DNA of 64,000 nucleotides from Heptranchias perlo (taxonomy: Eukaryota). Positions 50,601 through 62,743 of the stretch are shown one piece after another; within the stretch, counting starts at the first letter, position 1, and each line of letters starts with the position of its first letter. The stretch is from positions 44,888,001 to 44,952,000 of the forward strand of contig NC_090348.1 of NCBI RefSeq assembly GCF_035084215.1. Reading direction: 5' to 3'. The notes below the pieces were generated by a model. That model saw nothing but the letters and a program-made list of their open reading frames with translations, did not search any database and was not told the DNA's origin. The position numbers and the translations under genes are program-made.

Positions 50601-51925
50601 GATAGGATAAACTGTCACTTGGAAAGGCATGGTTTAATCAGGGATAGTCAGCATGGATTTGTTCAGGGAGGGTCATGCCTTACAAATCTGATTGAATTCT
50701 TTGAGGAAGAGACAAGGAGGATTGATGAGGGTAGTGCAGTGGATGATGTCTACATAGATTTTAGTAAGGCATTTGACAAGGTCCCACATGGAAAACTGGT
50801 CAGAAAGGTAAAAGCCCATGGGATACAGGGAAATATGACGAATTGGATCCAAAATTAGCTCAGTAACAGAAAACAAAGTGTAAAAATCAATGGATGTCTT
50901 TGCGAATGGAATTCCGTTTCCAGTGGTGTGCCACAGGGCTCAGTGTTTGGTCCCTTGCTGTTTGTGGTATATATTAATGATTTGGACTTGAATGTAGAGG
51001 GCATGATTGGCAAATTTGCAGATGACACAAAAATTGGCCGTGTAGTTGATAGTGAAGAGGATAGCTGTAGACTCCAAGAAGATATCAATGGGTTGGTAGA
51101 GTGGGCGGAAAAATGGCAAATGGAGTTCAACCCGGAGAAGTGTGAGGTAATGCATTTAGGGAGGGCAAACAGTAAAAGGGAATATGCAGTAAATGGGAAA
51201 ATATTGAGGGGTAGAGGAAGCGACAGACCTTGGAGTGCATGTGCATAGGTCCCTGAAGGTAGCAGTACAGGTAGATAAGGTTGTGAAGAAGGCATATGGA
51301 ATGCTCTCCGTTATTGGTCGAGGTATAGAATACAAAAGCAGGGATGTAATGATGGAACTGTATAAAACGCTGGTAAGGCCACAGCTGGAGTATTGTACGC
51401 AGTTCTGGTCACCACATTACAGGAATGGCATAATTGCTCTGGAGAGAGTGCAGAGAAGATTTACAAGAATGTTGTCAGGGCTTGAAAATTGCAGCTACGA
51501 GGTGAGATTGGATAGGCTGGGGTTGTTTTCCTTGGAGCAGAGGAGGCTAAGGGGAGACTTGATTGAGGTGTACAAAATTATGAGGGGCCCAGATAGAGTG
51601 GACAGGGAGTACCTGTTTCCCCTAGCGAAGAGTTCAAGAACTAGAGGACATACGGAAGCATTAGAGGGGACATGAGGAAAAACTTTTTTACCCAGAGGGT
51701 GGTGGCTGTATGGAATTCGCTGCCCGAATTGGTGGTAGAGGCAGGGACCCTCAACTCTTTTCAAAAGTACCTGGACCTGCATCTAAAGTGCTCTAAGCTG
51801 CAGGGCTACAGACCAGGTGCTGGAATGTGGGATTAGAATGGGCACCTGGTTGTTCTTTGAGCTGGCACGGACACAATGGGCTGAATGAACCCCTTCTGTG
51901 CTGTATCTTTTCTATGGTTTTCTAT
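47620..51925 (+). mobile_element. Near full-length CR1 LINE (ORF1 Cys-knuckle/coiled-coil plus SGNH esterase; ORF2 APE-RT), frameshifted
   Basis: ORF1 from 48006 MAAELTPVICSSCAMWEV...CRKC, IVIGDSIIRG...HSGTND; ORF2 IAIMETWL, YYRPPNS, PTRGDAILDLVL, PQGSVFGPLLF, FADD. Confidence 0.92.
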
Positions 51926-52124
51926 CAGTACAATAAATACAATGATGTCAGACTTTAATGATGATTTTCACCAGGGCCTTGGAGAAAAGAATTGGTCCTA
52001 TTATTATGGGTATTGATGAAATCATTGAGACAATGTAATCTGGTGTTCTGGAATATGTTTTCATCTTTAGTATTGTGTCAGCATCACCAATGTGTCGTTT
52101 TCCACACCACTATCCTTAAAAAAA

Positions 52125-52520
52125 AACCTGTCTTGATATAGCGGTATTCACGACCTCAAGACATTCCAAAGTGCTTCACAGCCAATTAAGTGTGGTCACC
52201 GTTGTAATGTAGGAAACATGACAACCAATTTGCACACAGCAAGCTCCCACAAATAGCAATGAGATAGTGACCAGATCATCTGTTTTAGGTGTTGGTTGAC
52301 AGATAAACATTGGCCATTTCTCCCTTGCTCATTGTTTAGCGCCCTGGGGGCTTCAACATCCACCCCGAGAAGGCAGATTGCGCCTGGGGTTTAACGTCCC
52401 ATCCGAAAGACGGCACCTCGGGGAGTGCGGCAGTCCCCCGGTGGGGTGTCAGCCTTAGATTAGGTGCCCAAGTTTCTGGAGTGGGACTCGACGCCACGAC
52501 CTTCTGACTCAGAGGCGAGA
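52125..52520 (-). mobile_element. DeuSINE-like SINE (duplicate ~61965-62355)
   Basis: Reverse complement of the SINE body. Confidence 0.65.
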
Positions 52521-52599
52521 GCCTTTCTAAGGGGACATTGTAATTCGATCGCCGGCCATTAACTCACCACATATCTCACCACCTTAAATCCACCTGCCA

Positions 52600-52910
52600 A
52601 GCCTCAGCGGCCCTTCCCTCGCGCGGTGGCGGAAACGCCTCCGCCCCACCAACGGCCGCCGCTCGCGCTTTGGAACTTTCCACCGTTCCACGTCCCGCCG
52701 ACCGAGCGCCTGCGCATTGAGCCGTCTTGTGGCCGCCTGTTGAGGAGGTGTCTTGGAGCTTCGCGCCGAGTGAACGAGGCCGAATTACTTTTAAGCTTTG
52801 ATTTTTTTTTTTAAATCTAAAAGTTCTAACTTTTTTTTTGTAAGACTCGCTAACTCATTTTGACGAAGTCATGACGGGCCTCAATCTTCCGTGTTCTGTG
52901 CAAGGTAAAG
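52600..52910 (+). promoter_or_regulatory. CpG-rich putative promoter and first exon (ATG 52871, MTGLNLPCSVQ, donor CAAG|GTAAAG at 52904/52905)
   Basis: Local CpG enrichment; NRF1-like GCGCCTGCGCA, NF-kB-like GGAACTTTCC and E2F-like TGGCGGAAA; good donor; gene identity unknown. Confidence 0.5.
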
Positions 52911-53274
52911 ACTTCCTCTGTCCCCCGGGGCTGGGCCGAGCTCAGCCTGTCGCTCAAGTGTGACCGCGGTCCCCTTTCTCTTCCGCCCCCACGCACAGAA
53001 TTGGTGATGGACTGGGGTGGACAAATGTAAGGAGTCTTACAGCATCAGGTTATAGTCCAACAGCTTTATTTGAAATCACAAGATTTCGCAGCTGTCCTCC
53101 TTGGTCACTCACCTGACGACTGTTGTCCGACTCCTGACATTGAGGCACAGAATTAACCAGTGCCTCCGATGTGCCGTTATCCGTGCATTCTCTCATATGG
53201 TGTTGCAAATGAGGTTGAAGAAGCAGATTCCAGTTCATTTAAACAAAGTAAAAACTGCAGATATTGGAAAGAAA

Positions 53275-53700
53275 TAACTTGTATTTTATATAGCACCTTT
53301 CGTGACCTCAGAAAGTCCCAAAGCGCTTTACAGCCAATACAGTGCGGAGATGTAGTCACTGTTGTAATGTAGGGAAATGCAGCAGTCAGCAAGGTCCCAC
53401 AAACAGCAGATAACGACCTGATTAAACTGTTTTAGTGGTGTTGGATGAGGAATAAATATTGGCCAGGACAGGAGGGAGGGGAAATCCCCACTTTTTTTTG
53501 AATAGTGCCCTGGGATCTTTTACGCCCACCTAAGAGGGTAGTTTTAATGTGTTATCTGAAAGACGGCACCTCTGACAGTGCAACGCTCCCTCAGTACAGC
53601 ACTAGAGTGTCAGCTGGAACTCAAGTCTCTGGAGTGGGACTTGAGAACCCACAACCTTCTGACTCAGAGGCACGAACGCTATCACCTGAGCCAAGGCTCA
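53275..53700 (-). mobile_element. DeuSINE-like SINE (duplicate ~63110-63535)
   Basis: Reverse complement of the SINE, including the CACAACCTTCTGACTCAGAGG head. Confidence 0.7.
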
Positions 53701-54259
53701 CACCTTGAAACAAATCTGAAATAAAAACAGAAAATGCTTGAGACGTTCTGTAGGCCAGTCAGCATCTGTGCAGAGCACAGGTTAATGGTTTGGGTGTGGA
53801 CTCTTGCTAAAAGATAAAAGGTGGACAGGCATGTTAATGGGAATTGAAAAATTGAGGGGTGGTGGGAAGAAAACAACAAACCCAGAGAGGAGTCATGAGT
53901 GGATTGACGTAACAAATTATCTCAGTCATGTAATAGCTAGAGGCGTAAAGACATTAAAGAAACAAAGTGTATGTAAATATCGATGAGAATGAGAGGCTTG
54001 GGGAAATGCGAGAAGATGGGAGAGATTGGTGTAGGGTATATAATAAACACAGGTTTAAAAGTGAGGATATAGTTCAAGACTGAATTTACTGAAGTGCTCA
54101 AGTCAGAGGGTTACAGGGTGCCTAGGAGCAAGATGAGATATTGTTCCTACATTGCAAGAATGACACCACTTCAGAAGTACTTCATTGCCTGTAAAGCGCT
54201 TTGGGATATCCTGAGGTCGTGAAAGGCGCTATATAAATGCAAGTCTTTCTTTCCAGAAG

Positions 54260-54589
54260 TTTTCATTGAGCTTTGTTGGAACAATGAACAAGGCCAATAC
54301 CAGAGAGATCAGGTCGCTCAGGGTTGCACTTGTGGTCAGAACATATTTGTTCAGATAAGCAGTTACCTAATCTGCATTTGTAGAGGAGACTGCACCATGA
54401 ATAGCAAATACAGTATAGTAGATTAGAGGAAGAATACGTAAATTGCTGCATCAAATCGAAGGAGTGTTTGGGGTTCTGGACAGTGGTGTGGGAGGAGGGG
54501 TTGTGATGCATTTCCTGCCTATGCATGAGAAGATGGCAGCTCTAAGTATGGGTGGTGGAAAAATGAACCAGGTGTAAGGAATGGTCCCT
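54260..54589 (-). mobile_element. Old Penelope GIY-YIG remnant at the duplication junction
   Basis: PKHSFDLMQQFTYSSSNLLYCICYSWCSLLY resembles the PLE SxNxxYxIxCxxCxxxYIG motif. Confidence 0.55.
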
Positions 54590-54774
54590 CTGGAGCTGCA
54601 GGTGGATTCACTGTGGAGCATCCGCGATGCTGAGATTATCATGGATAGCACATTCAGTGAGGTGGTCACACCGCAGGTAAAGATTATGCAGGCAGAAAGG
54701 AAATGGGTGACCAGCAGGTAGAGGAGGAGTCCCCTGGGGCCATCTCCCTCTCAAACAGATATTCCGTTTTGGAT

Positions 54775-57700
54775 TTTTTTTTTATTCGTTCATGGGATGT
54801 GGGCGTCGCTGGCGAGGCCAGCATTTATTGCCCATCCCTAATTACCCTTGAGAAGGTGGTGGTGAGCCGCCGCCTTGAACCGCTGCAGTCCATGTGGTGA
54901 CGGTTCTCCCACAGTGCTGTTAGGAAGGGAGTTCCAGGATTTTGACCCAGCGACAATGAAGGAACGGCGATATATTTCCAAGTCGGGATGGTGTGTGACT
55001 TGGAGGGGAACGTGCAGGTGGTGTTGTTCCCATGTGCCTGCTGCTCTTGTCCCTCTAGGTGGTAGAGGTCGCGGGTTTGGGAGGTGCTGTCGAAGAAGCC
55101 TTGGCGAGTTGCTGCAGTGCATCCTGTGGATAGTGCACACTGCAGCCACAGTGCGCCGGTGGTGAAGGGAGTGAATGTTTAGGGTGGTGGATGGGGTGCC
55201 AATCAAGCGGGCTGCTTTATCTTGGATGGTGTCGAGCTTCTTGAGTGTTGTTGGAGCTGCACTCATCCAGGCAAGTGGAGAGTATTCCATCACACTCCTG
55301 ACTTGTGCCTTGTAGATGGTGGAAAGGCTTTGGGGAGTCAGGAGGTGAGTCACTCGCCGCAGAATACCCAGCCTCTGACCTGCTCTTGTAGCCACAGTAT
55401 TTATATGGCTGGTCCAGTTAAGTTTCTGGTCAATGGTGACCCCCAGGATGTTGATGGTGGGGGATTCGGCGATGGTAATGCCGTTGAATGTCAAGGGGAG
55501 GTGGTTAGACTCTCTCTTGTTGGAGATGGTCATTGCCTGGCACTTATCTGGCGCGAATGTTACTTGCCACTTATGAGCCCAAGCCTGGATGTTGTCCAGG
55601 TCTTGCTGCATGTGGGCTCGGACTGCTTCATTATTTGAGGGGTTGCGAATGGAACTGAACACTGTGCAGTCATCAGCGAACATCACTATTTCTGACCTTA
55701 TGATGGAGGGAAGGTCATTGATGAAGCAGCTGAAGATGGTTGGGCCGAGGACACTACCCTGAGGAACTCCTGCAGCAATGTCCTGGGGCTGAGATGATTG
55801 GCCTCCAACAACCACTACCATCTTCCTTTGTGCTAGGTATGACTCCAGCCACTGGAGAGTTTTCCCCCTGATTCCCATTGACTTCAATTTTACTAGGGCT
55901 CCTTGGTGCCACACTCGGTCAAATGCTGCCTTGATGTCAAGGGCAGTCACTCTCACCTCACCTCTGGAATTCAGCTCTTTTGTCCATGTTTGGACCAAGG
56001 CTGTAATGAGGTCTGGAGCCGAGTGGTCCTGGCGGAACCCAAACTGAGCATCGGTGAGCAGGTTATTGGTGAGTAAGTGCCGCTTGATAGCACTGTCGAC
56101 GACACCTTCCATCACTTTGCTGATGATTGAGAGTAGACTGATGGGGCGGTAATTGGCCGGATTGGATTTGTCCTGCTTTTTGTGGACAGGACATACCTGG
56201 GCAATTTTCCACATTGTCGGGTAGATGCCAGTGTTGTAGCTGTACTGGAACAGGTTGGCTTGAGGCGCAGCTCGTTCTGGAGCACAAGTCTTCAGCAGGG
56301 ATGTTGTCGGGGCCCATAGCCTTTGCTGTATCCAGTGCACTCAGCTGTTTCTTGATATCACGTGGAGTGAATTGAATTGGCCGAAGACTGGCTTCCGTGA
56401 TGGTGGGGATATCGGGAGGAGGCTGAGATGGATCATCCACTCGGCACTTCTGGCTGAAGATGGTTGCAAACGCTTCAGCCTTGGCTTTTGCACTCACATG
56501 CTGGACTCCGCCATCATTGAGGATGGGGATGTTTGCAGAGCCTCCTCCTCCCGTTAGTTGTTTAATTGTCCACCACCATTCACGACTGGATGTGGCAGGA
56601 CTGCAGAGCTTTGATCTGATCCGTTGGTTGTGGAATCGCTTAGCTCTGTCTATAGCATGTTGCTTCCGCTGTTTAGCATGCATGTAGTCCTGAGTTGTAG
56701 CTTCACCAGGTTGGCACCTCATCTTTAGGTACGCCTGGTGCTGCTCCTGGCATGCTCTTCTGCACTCCTCATTGAACCAGGGTTGATCCCCTGGCTTGTT
56801 GGTAATGGTAGAGTGAGGAATATGCCGGGCCATGAGGTTACAGATTGTGCTGGAATATAATTCTGCTGCTGCTGATGGCCCACAGCGCCTCATGGATGCC
56901 CAGTTTTGAGCTGCTAGATCCATTCTGAATCTATCCCATTTAGCACGGTGGTAGTGCCACACAACACGTTGGATGGTGTCCTCAGTGCAAAGACGGGACT
57001 TCATCTCCACAAGGACTGTGCGGTGGTCACTCCTACCAATACTGTCATGGACAGATGCATTTGCGACAGGTAGATTGGTGAGGACGAGGTCAAGTAAGTT
57101 TTTCCCTCGTGTTGGTTCGCTCACCACCTGCCGCAGGCCCAGTCTAGCAGCTATGTCCTTCAGGACTCGGCCAGCTCGGTTAGTAGTGGTGCTACCGAGC
57201 CACGCTTGGTGATGGACATTGAAGTCCCCCACCCAGAGTACATTTTGTGCCCTTGCTACCCTCAGTGCTTCCTCCAAGTGGTGCTCAACATGGAGGAGGA
57301 CTGATTCATCAGTTGAGGGAGGACGGTAGGTGGTAATCAGCAGGAGGTTTCCTTGCCCATGTTTGACCTGATGCCATGAGATTTCATGGGGTCCAGAGTC
57401 AATGTTGAGGACTCCCAGGGCCACTCCCTCCTGACTGTATATCACTGTACCGCCACCTCTGGTGGGTCTGTCATGCCGGTGGGACAGGACATACCCAGGG
57501 ATGGTGATGGAAGAGTCTGGGACATTGGCTGAAAGATATGATTCTGTAAGTATGGCTATGTCAGGCTGTTGCTTGACTAGTCTGTGGGACAGCTCTCCCA
57601 ATTTTGGCACAAGTCCCCAGATGTTAGTAAGGAGGACCTTGCAGGGTCGACTGGGCTTGGTGTTTTGCCGTTGTCGTGTCCGGTGCCTAGTGGTCCGATG

Positions 57701-58104
57701 CCGGGTGGGCCGTCCGTTTTTTAAAATTCTTATAGTGACTTTTCGTAGTGAGATTTTACAACTGAGTGGCTTGCTAGGCCATTACAGAGGGCAATTAAGA
57801 ATCAACCACATTGCTGTGGGTCTGGAGTCACGTATAGGCCAGACCGGGTAAGGACGGCAGGTTTCCTTCCCTAAAGGACATTAGTGAACCAGATGGGTTT
57901 TTACGACAATCCGGTAGTTTCATGGCCATCATTACTGATACTAGTATTTTAATTCCAGATTTTTATTTAATTAATTGAATTTAATTAATTAATTGAATTT
58001 AAATTCACCAGCTGCCGTGGCGGGATTTGAACTCATGACTCTGGATTTTAGTCCAGGCCTCTGGATTACTAGTCCAGTAACATAACCACTATGCTACCGT
58101 ACCC
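54775..58104 (-). mobile_element. Near-intact ORF1-less non-LTR retrotransposon (APE-RT, CR1/L2-group-like) with tRNA-derived 5' head
   Basis: APE motifs LLTNIWGL, ILTES, YRPP, GDFN, LDLVLT, SDH; RT motifs NYRPISLL, QFGFR, LDIKAAFDRVWH, GVPQGSVLGP, FADD; one frameshift near 56295; poly(A) at 54774-54783; the empty site TTGGATATTG is visible in the first CR1 copy. Confidence 0.9.
58015..58104 (-). promoter_or_regulatory. tRNA-like internal Pol III promoter (A and B boxes)
   Basis: A box TAGCATAGTGG (58086-58096), B box GAGTTCAAATCC (58023-58034). Confidence 0.75.
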
Positions 58105-61100
58105 ATATTGTTGGGGGAGATGGCTTATCGGGGAATGCAGCAAGAGCCAAGAGCCAAGACCGTGCAGGCTCGAGGGGCCGATTGGCCTACTCCTGCTCCC
58201 ATTTCTTATGTTCTTATGTGGCACCACGAGTGACTCAGCTGCACAGAAGGGGAGGAAAAAGAATGGGAGAGCAATAGTGATAGGGGATTCCATCGTAAGG
58301 GGAACAGATAGGTGTTTCTGCAGCCGCAGACGTGACTCCAGGATGGTATGTTGCCTTCCTGGTGCTAGGGTCAAGGACGTCACAGAGCGGCTGCAGGACA
58401 TTCTGAAGGGGGAGGGTGAACAGCGAGAGGTCGTGGTCCATAGCGGTACCAACGACATCGGTAAAAAAAGGGATGAGGTCCTGCAAGCAGAATATAGGAA
58501 ATAAATGAAAAAGCAGGACCTCTAAGGTAGTAATCTCAGGATTACTCCCAGTGCCACGTGCTAGCGAGAGCAGAAATAGGAGAATAGACTAGATGAATGC
58601 GTGGCTTGAGAGACGGTGTAGGAGGGAGGGGTTTAAATTCCTGAGGCATTGGGACCGATTCTGGGAAAGGCGGGACCTGTACAAGCTGGACGGTTGCACC
58701 CAAGCAGAACCGGGACCAATATCCTCGCGGGGGCATTTGCTAATTCTGTTGGGGAGGGTTTAAACTAGTATGGCGGGGGATGGGAACCAAAGGGCAGGTA
58801 CAGATAGGACAAATTCAGAATAGGAAGCGGGAAGTAGAAAAGCAGTTAGTGACTTAGTTCGCGACTCAGAAAGGCAAAAGAAGCAAAGGTTAAATAGTGT
58901 TCAGCACAGGAATTTGACGGGGTTAAAGGGTATCTACTTCAGTGCAAGGAGTATTACAAACAAAGCAGATGAGCTAAGGGCACAGATAGACACATGGCAG
59001 CATAGTATTGCTATAATGGAAACCTGGCTTAAAGAGGGGGATAATTGGCAGCTCAATATCCCTGGATATAGAGTTTTCAGGCAGGATAGAGTGGGTGATA
59101 AAAAAAAAGAGGGGGGGTAGCATTATTGGTTAAAGAATCAATTACAGTTGTGAGAAGGGATGATATGCTAAATGGATCATCAATCGAGGCCATATGGGTT
59201 GAGCTAAGAAATAAAAAAGGGGCAGTCACAATACTAGGAGTGTACTTTCGACCCCCGAATAGCGAAAGGGAGATAGAAGAACAAATATGTAGGCAAATTT
59301 CTGAGTGCAAAAATAAGATGGCACTAATAGTAGGGGACTTCAACTACTCACATCAACTGGGATTCAAACGGTTTGAGGGGCACAGAGGGCACAAAATTCT
59401 TGATCAGTGTCCAGGAGAACTTTTTTAGCCAGTACGTGACAAGCCCAACAAGAGGGGATGCAATTCTAGATTTAGTCCTGGGAAATGAAGATGGGCAAGT
59501 GGGTGAAGTGACAGTGGGTGACCATATTGGGGATAGTGAGCACAATTCCGTTAGTTTTAGCATTATTATGGAAAAGGACAGAGTTAAATCAGGAGTAAAT
59601 GTTTTAAATTGGGGAAGGCAAATTTTACAGAACTAAGAGGTGATTTGGCAGAAGTGGACTGGACACAACTACTTGAGAAATCAGTGGCAAGCCAGTGGGA
59701 GGCACTGAAAAGTGAAATTCTACAGGTACATTGCAGACACGTCCCGTCAAAGAAAAAGGGTGGCACTGCCAAATCTAGAGCCCCCCGGTTGTCTCGACGC
59801 ATACAGGGCAAGATAAAGCAGAAAATGAAAGTTTATGACTGTCACAGAAAACTGAATACTGCAGAAAGCCTAGAGGAGTATAGAAAGTACAGGGATGACG
59901 TAAAAAAGGAAATAAGGAAAGCAAAGAGAGGGCATGAAAAAATATTAGCTAGTAAGATTAAAGAAAACCAAAAGATGTTTTATCAGTACATTAAGAACAA
60001 GAGGATAGCTAAGGAAAAGGTGGGACCAATCAGGGATGATAAGGGTAACTTGTGTGTACAATTGGAGGATGTGGGTAGGGTTTTAAATGAATATTTTATC
60101 TCCGTATTCACAAAGGAAAGGGATGATCCGGACGTAGTAGTTAAAGAGGAAAGGTGTGAAATATTGGATAAGGTAAACATTACGAGAGAGGAAGTACTTG
60201 AGGGACTGGAATCCTTGAAAGTTGATTGGGCCGGATGGATTGTTTCCTAGGCTATTGAAGGAAGCCAGGGAGGAAATGCTCTGAGGATCATTTTCCAATT
60301 CTCAGTAGATACAGGGGAGGTACCAGAGGACTGGAAGACTGCAAACGTAGTACCATTGTTTAAATAGGGTACGAGGGAAAGGCCAAACAATTATAGGCCG
60401 GTCAGTCTTACCTCGGTGGTGGGAAAACTATTAGAATCAATACTGAGAGATAGGATAAACTGACACTTGGAAAGGCATGGTTTAATCAGGGACAGTCAGC
60501 ATGGATTTGTTCAGGAAAGGTCATGCCTTACAAATCTGATTGAATTCTTTGAGGAAGTGACAAGGAGGATTGATGAGGGTAGTGCAGTGGATGTTGTCTA
60601 CATGGATTTTAGTAAGGCATTTGACAAGGTCCCACATGGCAAACTGGTCAGAAAGGTAAAAGCCCATGGGATACAGGGAAATGTGAACAATTGGATCCAA
60701 AATTGGCTCAGTAACAGGAAACAAAGGGTAAAAGTCGATGGATGTCTTTGCGAATGGAATTCCGTTTCCAGTGGTGCGCCACAGGGCTCAGCTGTTTGTG
60801 GTATATATTAATGATTTAGACTTGAATGTAGGGGGCATGATTGGCAAATTTGCAGATGACACAAAAATTGGCCGTGGAGTTGATAGTGAAGAGGATAGCT
60901 GTAGACTCCAAGAAGATATCAATGGGTTGGTGGAGTGGGCGGAAAAATGGCAAATGGAGTTCAACCCGGAGAAGTGTGAGGTAATGCATTTCGGGAGGGC
61001 AAACAGTAAAAGGGAATATGCAGTAAATGGGAAAATATTGAGGGGTAGAGGAAGTGACAGACCTTGGAGTGCATGTGCATAGGTCCCTGAAGGTAGCAGT

Positions 61101-62434
61101 ACAGGTAGATAAGGTTGTGAAGAAGGCATATGGAATGCTCTCCGTTATTGGTCGAGGTATAGAATACAAAAGCAGGGATGTAATGATGGAACTGTATAAA
61201 AAGCTGGTAAGGCCACAGCTGGAGTATTGTACGCCGTTCTGGTCACCACATTACAGGAATGGCATAATTGCTCTGGAGAGAGTGCAGAGAAGATTTACAA
61301 GAATGTTGTCAGGGCTTGAAAATTGCAGCTACGAGGTGAGATTGGATAGGCTGGGGTTGTTTTCCTTGGAGCAGAGGAGGCTAAGGGGAGACTTGATTGA
61401 GGTGTACAAAATTATGAGGGGCCCAGATAGAGTGGACAGAGAGTACCTGTTTCCCCTAGCGAAGAGTTCAAGAACTAGAGGACATACGGAAGGATTAGAG
61501 GGGACATGAGGAAAAACTTTTTTACCCAGAGGGTGGTGGCTGTATGGAATTCGCTGCCCGAATTGGTGGTAGAGGCAGGGACCCTCAACTCTTTTCAAAA
61601 GTACCTGGACCTGCATCTAAAGTGCTCTAAGCTGCAGGGCTACAGACCAGGTGCTGGAATGTGGGATTAGAATGGGCACCTGGTTGTTCTTTGAGCTGGC
61701 ACGGACACAATGGGCTGAATGGCCCCCTTCTGTGCTGTATCTTTTCTATGGTTTTCTATCAGTACAATAAATACAATGATGTCAGACTTTAATGATGATT
61801 TTCACCAGGGCCTTGGAGAAAAGAATTGGTCCTATTATTATGGGTATTGATGAAATCATTGAGACAATGTAATCTGGTGTTCTGGAATATGTTTTCATCT
61901 TTAGTATTGTGTCAGCATCACCAATGTGTCGTTTTCCACACCACTATCCTTAAAAAAAAAACCTGTCTTGATATAGCGGTATTCACGACCTCAAGACATT
62001 CCAAAGTGCTTCACAGCCAATTAAGTGTGGTCACCGTTGTAATGTAGGAAACATGACAACCAATTTGCGCACAGCAAGCTCCCACAAATAGCAATGAGAT
62101 AGTGACCAGATCATCTGTTTTAGGTGTTGGTTGACAGATAAACATTGGCCATGTCTCCCTTGCTCATTGTTTAGCGCCCTGGGGGCTTCAACATCCACCC
62201 CGAGAAGGCAGATTGCGCCTGGGGTTTAACGTCCCATCCGAAAGACGGCACCTCGGGGAGTGCGGCAGTCCCCCGGTGGGGTGTCAGCCTTAGATTAGGT
62301 GCCCAAGTTTCTGGAGTGGGACTCGACGCCACGACCTTTTGACTCAGAGGCGAGAGCCTTTCTAAGGGAACATTGTAATTCGATCGCCGGCCATTAACTC
62401 ACCACATATCTCACCACCTTAAATCCACCTGCCA

Positions 62435-62743
62435 AGCCTCAGCGGCCCTTCCCTCGCGCGGTGGCGGAAACGCCTCCGCCCCACCAACGACCGCCGCTCG
62501 CGCTTTGGAACTTTCCACCGTTCCACGTCCCGCCGACTGAGCGCCTGCGCATTGAGCCGTCTTGTGGCCGCCTGTTGAGGAGGTGTCTTGGAGCTTCGCG
62601 TCGAGTGAACGAGGCCGAATTACTTTTAAGCTTTGTTTTTTTTTAAAATCTAAAAGTTCTAACTTTTTTTTTGTAAGACTCGCTAACTCATTTTGACGAA
62701 GTCATGACGGGCCTCAATCTTCCGTGTTCTGTGCAAGGTAAAG
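62435..62743 (+). promoter_or_regulatory. Duplicate of the CpG-rich promoter/first exon (ATG 62704, donor at 62737/62738)
   Basis: Near-identical to 52600-52910. Confidence 0.5.

Larger units (their letters stand above)
48141..54589 (+). repeat. Tandem segmental duplication, copy 1 (copy 2 = 54590 to window end, carrying extra insertions)
   Basis: CTGGAGCTGCAGGTGGATTCACTG starts at 48141 and 54590; non-CR1 sequence 51930-54160 is nearly identical to 61770-64000. Confidence 0.92.
54590..61765 (+). mobile_element. Second copy of the CR1 LINE, interrupted by a 3.3-kb LINE and a ~55-bp CR1 tail insertion (~58164-58217)
   Basis: Collinear with 48141-51925. Confidence 0.9.

Noticed and set aside
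58015-58104. Possible tRNA gene
   Set aside because: A-B box spacing is extended and no complete cloverleaf is evident; it is the head of a retroelement
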